The notes beneath the pieces were generated by a model, which ran no database searches, was not told the DNA's origin, and saw only the letters and a program-made list of their open reading frames with translations. This document shows positions 48,771-60,217 of a stretch of DNA of 64,000 nt, in pieces (position 1 is the stretch's first letter; every line of letters starts with the position of its first letter). Origin of the DNA: a virus. A program made the translations under genes and the position numbers. The stretch lies in the IMG/VR virus record IMGVR_UViG_3300040786_000061, one strand, 5' to 3'.

Positions 48771-50468
48771 ATGGCACTATTTTCCGAAATAACCTTTAGT
48801 AATATAAAATTTGAGGTTGAACAATATCTAAAAGAAAAGTATAACAAGGCAAATGTTTTATTTAGCCCAGCCAGTCCTTATGGTCAAATACCATCAGTAG
48901 TAGAAAATTTACAACAATCATCGATTCTGTTTTAAAAAAATGCAAAAACCAGTTTGATTTAAGTCTACCAAATTTAATAATGATAGGGTTATTAGAAATA
49001 CTGCAATTGCAGCGGGTCATAACCCTGGAAGAGCAATATCAGCAACTGGTACTCTTCGACTTACTCTTAAATCATCTGCTGATATAGAAAGAGATATACC
49101 GGATCTAGAATAACATTGAGAAATAAATTACTAATTAAGAATAAGACCAATTCCATGGATTACCTTTAATTAGGTAATGAAACTATAACACATAAAATAA
49201 CACCAAATTATCAGTTTTTCATCCCTATAATACAAGGTAGTTGGAAAACCAAAACTATACAGGTGATGGCTCTGAATTACAAACAATTTCAGTATCCGAA
49301 ATAGGTAGAAAGGACCTTGAGAATTTTAATATAGAGATTTTAGTTAATGGTGACTTTTGGACTATTAAAACCAATTATTCGAAATGTTACCTGATGAGAA
49401 ATCTTGTGTAGTTAAAACTGGTTTTAATGGAGGAATTGACGTTATATTTGGAAATGAAGGTTTTGGTTTGATGCCCACTAGGTTCTATAATATCTATTAG
49501 GTATTTATTAACAGATGGATCTTTGGTAATATATTTCGTAGAACAATTAATGATTGGAAGTTTATAGATGATATTATCAGTGGTGATGGTGAGATAATAA
49601 ATATAGATAAAGTATTTAATGTTGAGATTTATACTGATATAAATTTTGGAGCAGATAAAAAAGTCTACTTTTCACAAAAGTATACCAATCGTAAGTAATA
49701 ATTTTATTAGGACTTCCTCAACAATATGCAAATAAAAAAAGTTAGGAGTTTTTTCGCATGTAAATGCATATGAAGCATCAGGTACTATTTTCATAGTTGC
49801 AACTCCAAATATAAAACTATTCAAGAATCAAAATGCGAATTATTTTACTATTGATATAAGAGCATTTGAGTTGGATAATTATGAAAAGTCAAAGATAGAT
49901 AAATATCTAAGAATAAGTGGTAATATTCAGTTAACTCGAAAGTATAAAGTAACTTCACCTAAACTGTCTTTTTTATATAATTAATATATTTGTTATGTCT
50001 TATACCGACTCGACTGATGATTCTGTTAATGCACAAATATTAGATAAAATATCTGAGTATTTTCTAAATCTATCAAGAATCGATAGAATACCTAAATTAG
50101 ATATAATACGTGAACTATCAACTATAAGCGACATACACTCAGTTGATGTACAGTTTTTATGTAAGAATAATGAGGATTATCATAGCGAAAACATGAAGAT
50201 ATTTCGATAAGGTAAGCAAGTACGATTCTAGTTATAATGTAGATATATCTAATTCAATAAATAACAATTACGATCCATCAAGTACGATAGGAATAGATCC
50301 TGTTTTTAAATGATATTATATTCAGTCCAGATGAAATACCTTTGATAAGAGGTGGTTGGTATGATAGAAATGGTGTATATTTCTCTGATGGTGTTGATGG
50401 AAATGGATTAAAATCAGTTAATATAATATCGAAAGGTAAGATAGATACAAAAAAATAGACCTATTTAA
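48771..50468 (+). CDS. Baseplate wedge subunit (T4 gp6-like), frameshifted
   Basis: MALFSEITFSNIKFEVEQYL...SPYGQI...RNTAIAAGHNPGRAISATG...IIQG...DVIFGNEGFG. Confidence 0.7.
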
Positions 50469-50710
50469 TTATGCTATATCAAAGAAAACAATTACCAGAA
50501 CTTTTTATTTAAAAACGTCACAATAATGATATGATTTTGTAGATTATGAGAAAACAATTTTAACCAAAACTTTATCTCCTTACTTATATGAGAATGAGAT
50601 GATGAATGGTTTTCTAACAAGGTTGCAACCACTTGTTGCATTGCTATTTGACCAAATGAACATAATTAAGAATCTTAAAACTATATGGTTGATAAACATA
50701 ACTATAAATA

Positions 50711-51035
50711 ATGAAATACTTAAAAAATATGAAGGTTTTGAAGGCTTTGATGAATGGTTTAATGAAAAGATAATAATAAACGTAAAGTAATCGAAGATGT
50801 TAATGAGATAGTTTTAGATCTATCTGATTATAGAATAATACCGATAATTAAACATTATGATAATAGATTATCAGTTATTCTACAAACTGATCCAGAACAA
50901 TTAAAAATATCGAGAAGTGGATATGCACATGTTTATAATATTTGGGGTCGAGGTGAAACCACATTTACATATAAAAATATAAAAGATAGAGTTGAACATT
51001 TAATTGCATATATGCATTATAAGGAAATGAATTAA
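50711..51035 (+). CDS. CTS-tagged hypothetical protein (MKYLK[K]YEGFEGFDEWFNE...IEDVNEIVLDLSD)
   Basis: ATG 50711 hidden inside track ORF 50599-50790; one A missing. Confidence 0.45.
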
Positions 51036-51224
51036 CTGAAATTATAATAAATGATAATAAATATCTTAGTAAGCATAACTTTAGTTTCGATGATAATAGT
51101 TTTGAAAAAGAGAAAAGTTAGAAAAATAGGTAGCGAGGAAAACATAGAATTGTTTATGTTTAGATTAGAGTTCAAAATAAATTACTAGAAATATTAAAAA
51201 AAGTCAAAATTAGAGATATATTAT

Positions 51225-51234
51225 TTAATATATA
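51225..51234 (+). promoter_or_regulatory. TTAATATATA putative late promoter
   Basis: Exact motif 22 nt upstream of ATG 51257. Confidence 0.45.
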
Positions 51235-51256
51235 CATTAAACAAATTAAAAAAAGA

Positions 51257-51890
51257 ATGGCAGAAAAAATAGCAGGATTTAAGAAATTTTCAGATTTTAA
51301 AAAAATTCTAGTAAAAGAAGTGACTCTATCAGAGATAACTCCTGATACTGACTCTGATAGACCTATGACACCTAACCTTCTAATGATTCTGATAAAATCG
51401 AAAAGAATTCATTCAAGAAAAGGTATCATGCCCGTGGAACAAAATTAGTTTAGGTACTGAAAACTTTCCTGGCGAAGATGACGATGAATATCCAGTCGAT
51501 TTAAAGTTAAAGAAGGAAAATGTTAAAACATATGGTAGAGTTGCAAAATTCCCTAAGAATGTTAAGGCATCTAATGCTTTCAACTTTCTTGAAAATGTTA
51601 AAGTATCTAAAAGTCTATTTGGTATATTATTGTTGAGAAACAAGAAAATGAACTTCAAATGGTTAAATATAATAACAAGAAGGTGTAGATTTAAATAAAT
51701 TTGTAATCGAACTTAAATCATATTATATAAGTACTCTAAAGATCAAAAAGTATGTAAGATGATAGAAGGTTTGAGCGTAGATGGTAATGATAAATACTCA
51801 ATGGTTAAAAATATACCATTGATTACAGTAGATGGAAGAAAGATGATTACTATCATAACAGAGGATTTAATAAAGTTATTATCTAAATAA
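51257..51890 (+). CDS. Hypothetical protein with CTS-like FKKFSDF near the N-terminus
   Basis: MAEKIAGFKKFSDFKK; frameshifted. Confidence 0.45.
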
Positions 51891-51921
51891 TAATACAAAA
51901 TAAAAAAAATAAATAATAATT

Positions 51922-52104
51922 ATGAATAAAGAACAAATTTTCGGTATCATTCGTCATTTACTAACATCAGTAGGTGGTGTTATTATAACAAATGGTTACA
52001 TCTCTGATGGCATGGTTGCAGAAATAACAGGATCTATTATAGCAATAGTTGGTGTTATATGGTCAGTTTTATCTAAGAAGAAAGAAGTTGAAGTTAATAA
52101 ATAA
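51922..52104 (+). CDS. Small two-TM holin-like protein
   Basis: MNKEQIFGIIRHLLTSVGGVII...IIAIVGVIWSVLSKKK; two hydrophobic helices and a basic C-terminus. Confidence 0.55.
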   Translation: MNKEQIFGIIRHLLTSVGGVIITNGYISDGMVAEITGSIIAIVGVIWSVLSKKKEVEVNK

Positions 52105-52154
52105 AACCCACCAATTTGGTGGGTTTTATATAACCCACCAAATTGGTGGGTTTT
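52103..52154. terminator. Pair of identical-stem terminator hairpins between convergent genes
   Basis: aaaacccaccaatttggtgggtttt followed by aacccaccaaattggtgggtttt. Confidence 0.85.
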
Positions 52155-52159
52155 ATTTT

Positions 52160-53316
52160 AGTTTAAGAAAAACTGTGAGTTTGTTTCTTCTTTAAATCAT
52201 CTACACTAAATGATTGAGGATTTTCTTTACTCATTTTAAGTATTTGAAGAAATGATTCTTTGGCTTCTTCTTTTCTACCACAATAGAAACAAGCAGCTGC
52301 ATGTGCCTCTGCAAACTTCCAGTTATATAGAGCCTCATCAACAAATAATAATCTCTTAGGATAAGGTTTTTCCATGAAACGTTTCTATTGCAAATTTAGA
52401 GTATAGATATGCTAAACTCCACTCACCAATCTGAAGGTAATAATCTATTATTGTTTTATAGACTCTCCTCTTGATGGATCTACTGCATATGCTTTAGACA
52501 TTCTTGAAGTGTTAAATTCCAAGGCTCTTCTAAATTCCTCATTATTGTACCTATTCTAAAGTGTGAATAGTAAACCTCTTCTGGATATCCATCCGCTCTC
52601 AGTTCTCTCTCTATAGTAATGACCTTCTAAGTCTTTCTTCATTTTCATCTTTATTATCTGCTATGGAAGCAGAGTCATGATAAGATTGTGCTGTATAGAA
52701 AATCCATCGAGCATCACTTCTATCATTGCTAATATAAGTCTCTAGTCTATGGGCATGATCTAAATACTTCTCTGATGTTTTACCTTGCCAACTTGCACCA
52801 TCCATTTGAACATTAACAAGTAAGTTTTCTGCTAATCCAGATGTGATATTTTTTTCATCACACACGATGAATTCGTGAACTGGACCATACCATCTGAAAG
52901 GTTTTGATACTTTGAAAAAGTATTTCTAGTATACTTCATTTGACCTATATAAACATTCATCATATATAAATCATTTACAAATTGGTCTTTATTAAAGTTA
53001 TTTTCAACAACTAAATTCTCATCACATCTATCCAATATCCGTGTGTCTTATTACTATCCCACTCTAAATCCTTTACAACGTCTCTAAGTTTTTGCATTGC
53101 AAAATTTCTACTCTTTTCAAATCATCAAAGGTCTTTCGAATACATATGTAGGTATGTTATTTTCTAATCCAAATTTCTTAATTAATTCCTGTGTACCATC
53201 AGTTGACCCTGTATCATTTACTACTATTAAATCAGTTATCGTCTTGACACTATTTAACATTCTTTCTATTACATGTGATTCATTTTACATATAAAATTTA
53301 ATGCAAGTTTACCCAT
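52160..53316 (-). CDS. Glycosyltransferase family 2 with TPR repeats
   Basis: MGKLALNFICKNESHVIERMLNSV...DTGSTDGT...FDDFEKSRN...IDCDE; TPR-like C-terminus (52611-52865, 52163-52375). Confidence 0.85.
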
Positions 53317-53374
53317 TTATTTAATTTATTATTTTTAATTTATACTAAAAGTTATGTATAAAGTTTTAATAGAT

Positions 53375-53771
53375 ATTATTTTTTTGAGGATTTAATAGTT
53401 CTTCTAACTTAATATCTCTTATAATAGCAACAAGTTCTTTACCAGCAAGTTTTCACCACCAAGAGAGTCTGCTGTTATTTCAACTGAAATACTATATTCA
53501 AAATTGTTTATATTTCTAATATAACATCCTAATAACTTTTGAGCTCCATTGCCACTAGATATAATAATATCCCTTTCTTTCATAGAACCATTTTTCTATA
53601 TAAGAAACTTCTGATTTTTTCTAATTCTAATGTTATAGAAATAGTAGATATCATTTGGGTGCAAATCCTCTAAGACTAGCCTCTGTTTCAATGTCATAGT
53701 TTAGAACATTTAAACTTCTACCTTCTTTAAGTCATAGAGCATTATTTTTCTCATCATTTCTGTGGTATCAT
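53375..53771 (-). CDS. Hypothetical protein ending IRDIKLEELLNPQKK*
   Basis: ATG about 53771; frameshifted. Confidence 0.35.
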
Positions 53772-53782
53772 TTTAGTATTTT

Positions 53783-54751
53783 ATTCAGTTATCCATTTTG
53801 AGTCATGTTTGGTATTAGTATCATATTGCATATTCAACTTCAACTTTTTCAAATTCAAAATCACATTCGGTTAACGACCACTTAATTGAATCGACGGCAT
53901 GTTCGAAATCTTCTTTACATGTCATATTATCTCGATAAGTAAGCATATTAACAAACTTACTACCATCCTTAGATTTTTTTAAAAAAGTTTTGACTTAATT
54001 TAGAAACACCTGTTAGTTTAATTATACCTGCTTCTGTATAACCATTGTTCAAACCATCAACGAATTCTTTTAATTGTTTTTTCATTAGGCTCGATAACAA
54101 TACCTATATGACTTTCAAAGTAGCAATTATTAGGTATCACTTCACCCGTTATATATCTTGGAGCAGCAGGGTGCCAGGGAACACTCTCTATCTTACTTCT
54201 AACGACTTTATATCCATAATCTTTAAGTTCATTAACAATTCTTAATGACTCATCATACGCACTTCTGTTATCACCAAAATGTTTTGAACTTGTCATTATA
54301 TCTTTTATAGAACCTTCTTTCATTTCTAAATCTAATACAATTGGCTTAACTTCAATTTTACACAATCTTCTCTAAACTTATCAACTCTACTAAAATCTTC
54401 ACTAACATCTACTGTTATATGTATTTCAAAGGCAATGGGTAAGTAACTTCTGATTCCTTTGATTGAATTGATGCCCACTTATTAGACTTTCTATTTAATA
54501 CCTCTTCAAATTCATCTTCACTAAACCCTAATGAATGTAATATTGAAATATTTGTTAAATATACATCCACAATCTCTTCAAGTATTTTTCTCTATCACTA
54601 AACCTATGCATTGTTCCAGGTGCAGAATCAAATGGTAGAATAACTTTGCAAGTTCACCTACTTCTTCAACTACTTTTAATACTTTTTGTGATAGTGTTTT
54701 ATTATCTTTTATTGACAAGTCTTTTATGAAATCGTTTATGAATTTATTCAT
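53783..54751 (-). CDS. mazG: MazG-like pyrophosphohydrolase fused to a conserved uncharacterised domain
   Basis: KTLSQKVLKVVEEVGELAK...EEIVDVYL, then continuing FEIHITV...KPIVLDL...RSKIESVPW...YFESH. Confidence 0.7.
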
Positions 54752-55505
54752 TTTATTTATTAGTTGGTCTATATTATAGTTTCTAAGTTCTCTTAACTTA
54801 ATTGCATTATATTTATTTGTCTTTTCCTCACTTTTTTTTATATTAACACCAAATACTTTTTCAAGACTTTTGAAAATATCAAGTGCAGTTAATTCACTTA
54901 GCATATAAGTATCGTATAAATTGTTATAGAAGAAAAATTAACCTTAACATCATTTAAATGGTGTAGAGGATTTGGTACATCTGGATTCGTATTTGGAAAT
55001 GTTTCATATAATTGAATACCAAATTCCATCCTAGGTGATATATTATTATCTATATCTACTGATATACGGACTTTAATAACATATCTTCTATATCAGATAT
55101 AATAATATTTAACTCTTCTATTTTCATATAAGTTTACTTAATTTAAAATCTCTATTTAATGTAACTAAATTATTTTATTAAAAGTAAAATATAAAGATAA
55201 GGTATTATTTATAATACCTTTTTTTATCTGATAGTTTCTATAATCTTTATTGAGAACTCAATATATTTATTAGGATAGTTTAACTAATTAACATAGCCAT
55301 AGGTAGATTTTCATAGTTTGAATCACTAATTTTAATTAAACTAATTGGATAAACTTTAAGAGTGTCATATATTATCTCATATACTCCCAAGCCATTGGTA
55401 CAATTCATAAGTTTGTCTATTTGCTTATCATCAACAACACCAGTAATTTTTTTACCAAAGCTCATCAATAAATTTATTTTAATAGATAACCTATTTCTCA
55501 TGTAC

Positions 55506-55964
55506 TCATTCACCTAATATACCTTTAATGTCAGCAGGTGAGTAATTTATAGACTTAAGAACTTTATTATCTGGTGTTCTATATACTATCCATTTTCCAT
55601 TTACTTCTTTGTATGTTCCCTCAGTACCATCTTTCTTTTATAATGTAATAGAGTTTCAATTGCTTCTTTTTTGTGTGTTGCATGCTTTACTCATATTACT
55701 TCTTACCTCATTAAAGGCAACATCAAACTTATCTTCATCCCAAACTCTAAAACTGCACCATGTAGGACATATGATAAATCACAAATGCATCTAAAATCTC
55801 AACTAAATCATCATTTTCGATTGCCAATTTCAACTCATTCAATTCTTCTTGTAATAATTCAACCTCAATTCACATCTATCTTCTGATGGCATTTGCGGAG
55901 TATCTAAAACAGGTGCATTAAATGTGTCGTGAAAGCATTTAACTTTTTCTAAAAATTCATTCAT
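55506..55964 (-). CDS. Phosphoribosyl-ATP pyrophosphohydrolase-like (MazG superfamily) enzyme
   Basis: VKCFHDTF...QEELNELK.AIENDDLVEILDA..DLSYVLHG...SNMSK...DNKVLKSINYSPAD. Confidence 0.8.
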
Positions 55965-56021
55965 AGTTATTTATTATTTATATTAATATGTTATTTTGAC
56001 TAAAAGTTTAGATTATTAAAG

Positions 56022-56031
56022 TTAATATATA
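56022..56031 (+). promoter_or_regulatory. TTAATATATA putative late promoter
   Basis: Exact motif 23 nt upstream of GTG 56055. Confidence 0.45.
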
Positions 56032-56054
56032 GTTTATAAAAAATAACTATTATT

Positions 56055-57720
56055 GTGAAATATATAAAGACATTTGAATCATATAAATCGAAAAGAGATG
56101 AACCAGTTAACGAAGAATTGTTTGGTGGTATATTGAACTTCTAAAAAATATGTGGGGTAAGGCGGTTGATGAAATTAAAAAAGTTAGGTGAAAAGCCTAC
56201 CATGGAACAACTAGACACTTGATAGAAGAAAATGTTTTAATCGAAATAGCAACAGTTACTTATTCAAAATCGTTATGGATGATTTTAAAAGAAACCAGAA
56301 GCCACCGTAGATGAATGCTTGGTCTAGTTGGTAGCATAATTGATCCTAATACAGGAGCACTTGGTAAACAAGCACTGTCACCTTTATATGATTCACTTAT
56401 GAAGGTGTTTGGTAAAAATTTAGGACCATTGAATACTATAAAATATTATTTTTCAACCGCAAGAAATAAAGCAATAGTTGATTATAATATGCAGGAGGAC
56501 CTATCGCTGATGCTAAGACTCTTTATCCCAATGTAGATCCCTAAAATAATTAAAACACTTGAAAATAAAACACATCTACCAGATCTTAAATTGTTATTAA
56601 CCCGTTAGCAGGAGAAGGAAATGGAGCAAAAAAGAAAGGATGTAACGGTTATGGATAGAAGGTACTTTATTACCTAGACTTTTAAAGTATATACAAGACA
56701 TAAAAAGGAAGAGGTTGATAAATATTTAAAAAATAGCAGGAGTTGAAACAGAATCAACCACTACTGAGGATTCAGTGGAGTTATTTTGGGCGGATAAGAG
56801 TATAGAACTATCACCTGATGATAACAAGGCTACTATAAAATATCAAAATCTAATAGTAGTAAAATACTTGTGGATGATTTTAAAATATCAGGTGAGGTTA
56901 AAAGGATCACTGGTAAAACTAACAGATGTTATTAGAGGTGGTCAAAAGTTCCGAATTTGAAGAAACTCATATGAAACTGGTTCCATCAAAAAATAATGGT
57001 TGGTGGTGTTGAGGTAGAAACTCATACAATTTACATCAGAAGAAAATAATGAAGAGGAAAAAACGAAAAATTGAGTACATAAAAAATGATACTAATAAAA
57101 TGGGTACCATATCGAAGGTAGTAGACGCAATGGATGATCCGGAAAATTAGCATCAATTACTAATATATTAGAGAAAAGCCGGTTTAAATAATAAAAAAGA
57201 AAATTTAGAAAGAAGAAGAATTGAGAAAATATTCACTCAAATAAATAAGATAGGATCTAAAGGAAGAGATAATGAGTTAGAATATAAGAAGTATGTTGAT
57301 GATATTGTAGCAAGGGGTGATTACGACAACTTACTACAATGTTTATATTACTATTATGATATTGATACACAAAATTTTAAAACAGTCGAAGATGTAAAAA
57401 AGAAAACTTGGAAAGACATTATTTTAGATCTAAAAGTTCATTTGAAACGAAACTTAAGAAGTTATATATTTCTAAAGGTGTATATCAAACATCATTTGAT
57501 ATATTCAAGGATGATAACACTTTTTAGGTCAGTTGAAAGAATTAACCACTTATACAGATGAGACTAAATATTATATTAAAAGTAGACAATATGCTAAGAT
57601 AACAGGTACTCGAAAGTCTTTATAGAAGTAACAAAGGTAGGTGCATCAAGTTCCGTTATTATAGCAGAAAATGATCCAGCATTCCCAGAAGATCAGAATT
57701 TATATAATAGATATGTATTA
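56055..57720 (+). CDS. Large CTS-tagged hypothetical protein(s) (MKYIKTFESYK...VNEEL); heavily frameshifted, may be more than one gene
   Basis: GTG 56055; fragments 56315-56536 and 56775-56960. Confidence 0.35.
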
Positions 57721-57753
57721 GCATTAAATATATTATTACTTTAATCATCAAAA

Positions 57754-58129
57754 TTATAAGTTATCATTAAAATGCCTCAAACAAATAACCTGATCATCAT
57801 CATCTTCCTCTTCCTCAATTTCGAAGTTAAATTCTTTATTAGGAAATTTTATTTTAACCTTATTAATACTATTATCAATATCTAAATAAAATTCCTTACT
57901 TATTTCATGAAATTCTATACGCTCTTCTATTGTATCAAGACTATTGCTATTTTCCCAACTTCCATTATTATTACTAATACCAGGTAGATTAATAATAATT
58001 TGTATATACTCATCATCTCCTATTTCTATCAAAGCACCTTTATCAATAAAATCAATAAAGCAATTTTTAATATTCTATTCCTTGTAAGTCAGATTCTATA
58101 TCCTCATTATATTTTCTTAAATGTTTCAT
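57754..58129 (-). CDS. CTS-tagged hypothetical protein (MKHLRKYNED...FIDFIDKG)
   Basis: ATG 58129 upstream of fragment 57754-58032. Confidence 0.5.
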
Positions 58130-58180
58130 AATTTATATATAAAACTTTTTTTATAAAAAACATAAAAAAATAAAAAAGTT

Positions 58181-58654
58181 ATGATAATAAAAGTTGTAGA
58201 TTTTGAGATATTATCAAGACACTTGAAAAAGTATCAAGATGGTCTTAATGAAATCGGTGAAGTAAAAAGAAAATTTGTAGATAGATTAACCCGTTTAAAA
58301 AGAAATGGAATCAATTATAACTGCTGCAAATAGCGGAATTGTTTTAGACGAAGAATCTGAAAAAAGAGAGTAGATAGATTCCAAGAAATACAAAATACCG
58401 CAGAAGTTGATGGTGAGTTTAAACAAGAGATGAGAAAGATGAATGATGAACTATCTAAATCTGTTTATGCTGAACTTTCGGAAATAATAACTAAATGGAG
58501 TGTTGATAAAAATATTGATATGGTTATCGGTAGCACTGAGGTTGTCTTTCTAAAAGAGGAACATTTTGCAACTAATGATATATTAGAAATTCTTAAAGAG
58601 AAAGATATGTTTATAGATAACTACTTACATGAAGGACTAGAAAAGCAATTTTAA
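58181..58654 (+). CDS. ompH: OmpH/Skp-like chaperone lacking a signal peptide
   Basis: MIIKVVDFEIL...coiled coil...IITKWSVDKNIDMVIGSTEVVF...ATNDILEILK. Confidence 0.65.
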
Positions 58655-58670
58655 AACTGAATGAATAGCG

Positions 58671-58713
58671 AAAGAATAGATATTATATTAACTTAATATA
58701 ATATCTATTCTTT
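58671..58713. repeat. Perfect 21-bp inverted repeat with a 1-nt centre
   Basis: aaagaatagatattatattaa-c-ttaatataatatctattcttt between convergent genes. Confidence 0.9.
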
Positions 58714-59340
58714 TATATAATTATATCTATAGCATATGTTATATTTTTATATACCTCAATTTTCCAACCTTTCCATGATTTTCTAAATTTATCTTCTGCT
58801 TCTGTTACACTAATAGCAACTACAAACTCAGGCACATCATATTTACTACCTGTTCTTTCATTAATCTTTATTGCATATATTTTATATAAATTCATATAAT
58901 TTAATTTAATAGTTTATTTAATAACTTTTCTCTTCCCAGCCGATAATAATATTTTCATCGACAATATCATAATTTTTTAAGAAGAATATAGCAATATTTC
59001 CTTCTACTCTATGCAGTACTTCATATCTCTTTAGAAAGTACTTTTAGTTTTCCATTCAATAATATATCTATCTACAATAAAGTCTCCTTTATGATTTTTT
59101 ATTACATCCAATAACTTAGAGTCAAGTATTTTAAACTCTATACTTGAAAACCCTGGTTGTAAGTATTCGTCATATCGATGTATAAAACGGATTGGTTTTA
59201 CATCAATTGGTAACCCTTTAGATATTCTATTTGATTTTCTTTTTATTTTGACATATAAAAGGATCAATAATATGTAAGTAATGATTATACACATACGATT
59301 GAATGACGTTCTTTCCTTCATAAAAAATTAAATATCATAT

Positions 59341-60184
59341 TTATAAAATTTTGTTTAAATCTAATGTTCTATTTATAACATCCATTGGTACTTTAAATTC
59401 TTCAAATCTATCATCTTTTAATAAGATTAAGTTAGCTCTCACAATTTTAATATCTTCATACTTACTGCCTTTTAACATTTCTTTTAAATAGTTTGGCATA
59501 TAGTGATAGTTGAACATAGTAATGTCCTAATGCAGTATTTGGTAAGTCCTCATAAGGTTTATACATTCTGTTAGTCCATTTTGTCTCAACAAAATTTTTA
59601 GGTTTATTTGTTTTCCAGTCTGTTATAACAATACCTAATTGAGTTTTCTCTTTATTACAAACTATCCAAAACTTATCTGCTTGTCCCGTATAACCTAAAT
59701 TAGGATCACCCATCACAACCTCTGTGTCGATTAATACAGCACCACTTCTTAACATCTTTTATAGAAATCTACACCACTCTCAACCATATTATCAGAAATA
59801 ATAGTTTGTTCAAAATCACAATTGAACTCGGGTTCTCTAATTTCTTTTCAATCCAAACAACTCTATTCCTTTTCTTCTAGAATAAAGTGTACTCTGCTAC
59901 CAATATTGTTAGCATAATCAGCCATATCAGACCATTCTTTAATAAGTCTTTTGTATTTCCTTATCACCTCTTGCTTTTTTAAATGATGCTTCTTCGGTTG
60001 GAAATTCTTCGTGATATTTATGTAGCACCTTGATACAGAAGGCCATTTATTAGAGTTAACTCCTTTTAAATCATTCATATGATATACATGACTATCTTCT
60101 ATAAAATATAGGTTTAAATCACTACGTCTACTTTCCAATATCTCTTATATCACTAGCCACCTTATATAAATCAAAATTTCCCAT
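59341..60184 (-). CDS. PD-(D/E)XK exonuclease (Cas4/RecB-like fold)
   Basis: PSVS...GSRVHFILE...DTEVVM...YTGQADK...IVITDWKT...YYVQLSLY. Confidence 0.8.
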
Positions 60185-60210
60185 CTATATTATATAATAT
60201 AGATGGGAAA
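60177..60210. promoter_or_regulatory. Perfect 34-bp palindrome overlapping the nuclease start codon
   Basis: tttcccatctatattat|ataatatagatgggaaa; minus-strand ATG at 60184. Confidence 0.7.
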
Positions 60211-60217
60211 AGTTTAT

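Noticed and set aside
8416-50468. Pseudogenes or programmed frameshifts in gp46, baseplate wedge, giant virion proteins and others
   Set aside because: Indels affect essential and accessory genes alike at similar density, which is typical of unpolished long-read consensus error.
59341-60184. Cas4 as part of a CRISPR-Cas locus
   Set aside because: No other cas genes or array in the window; generic phage PD-(D/E)XK exonuclease.
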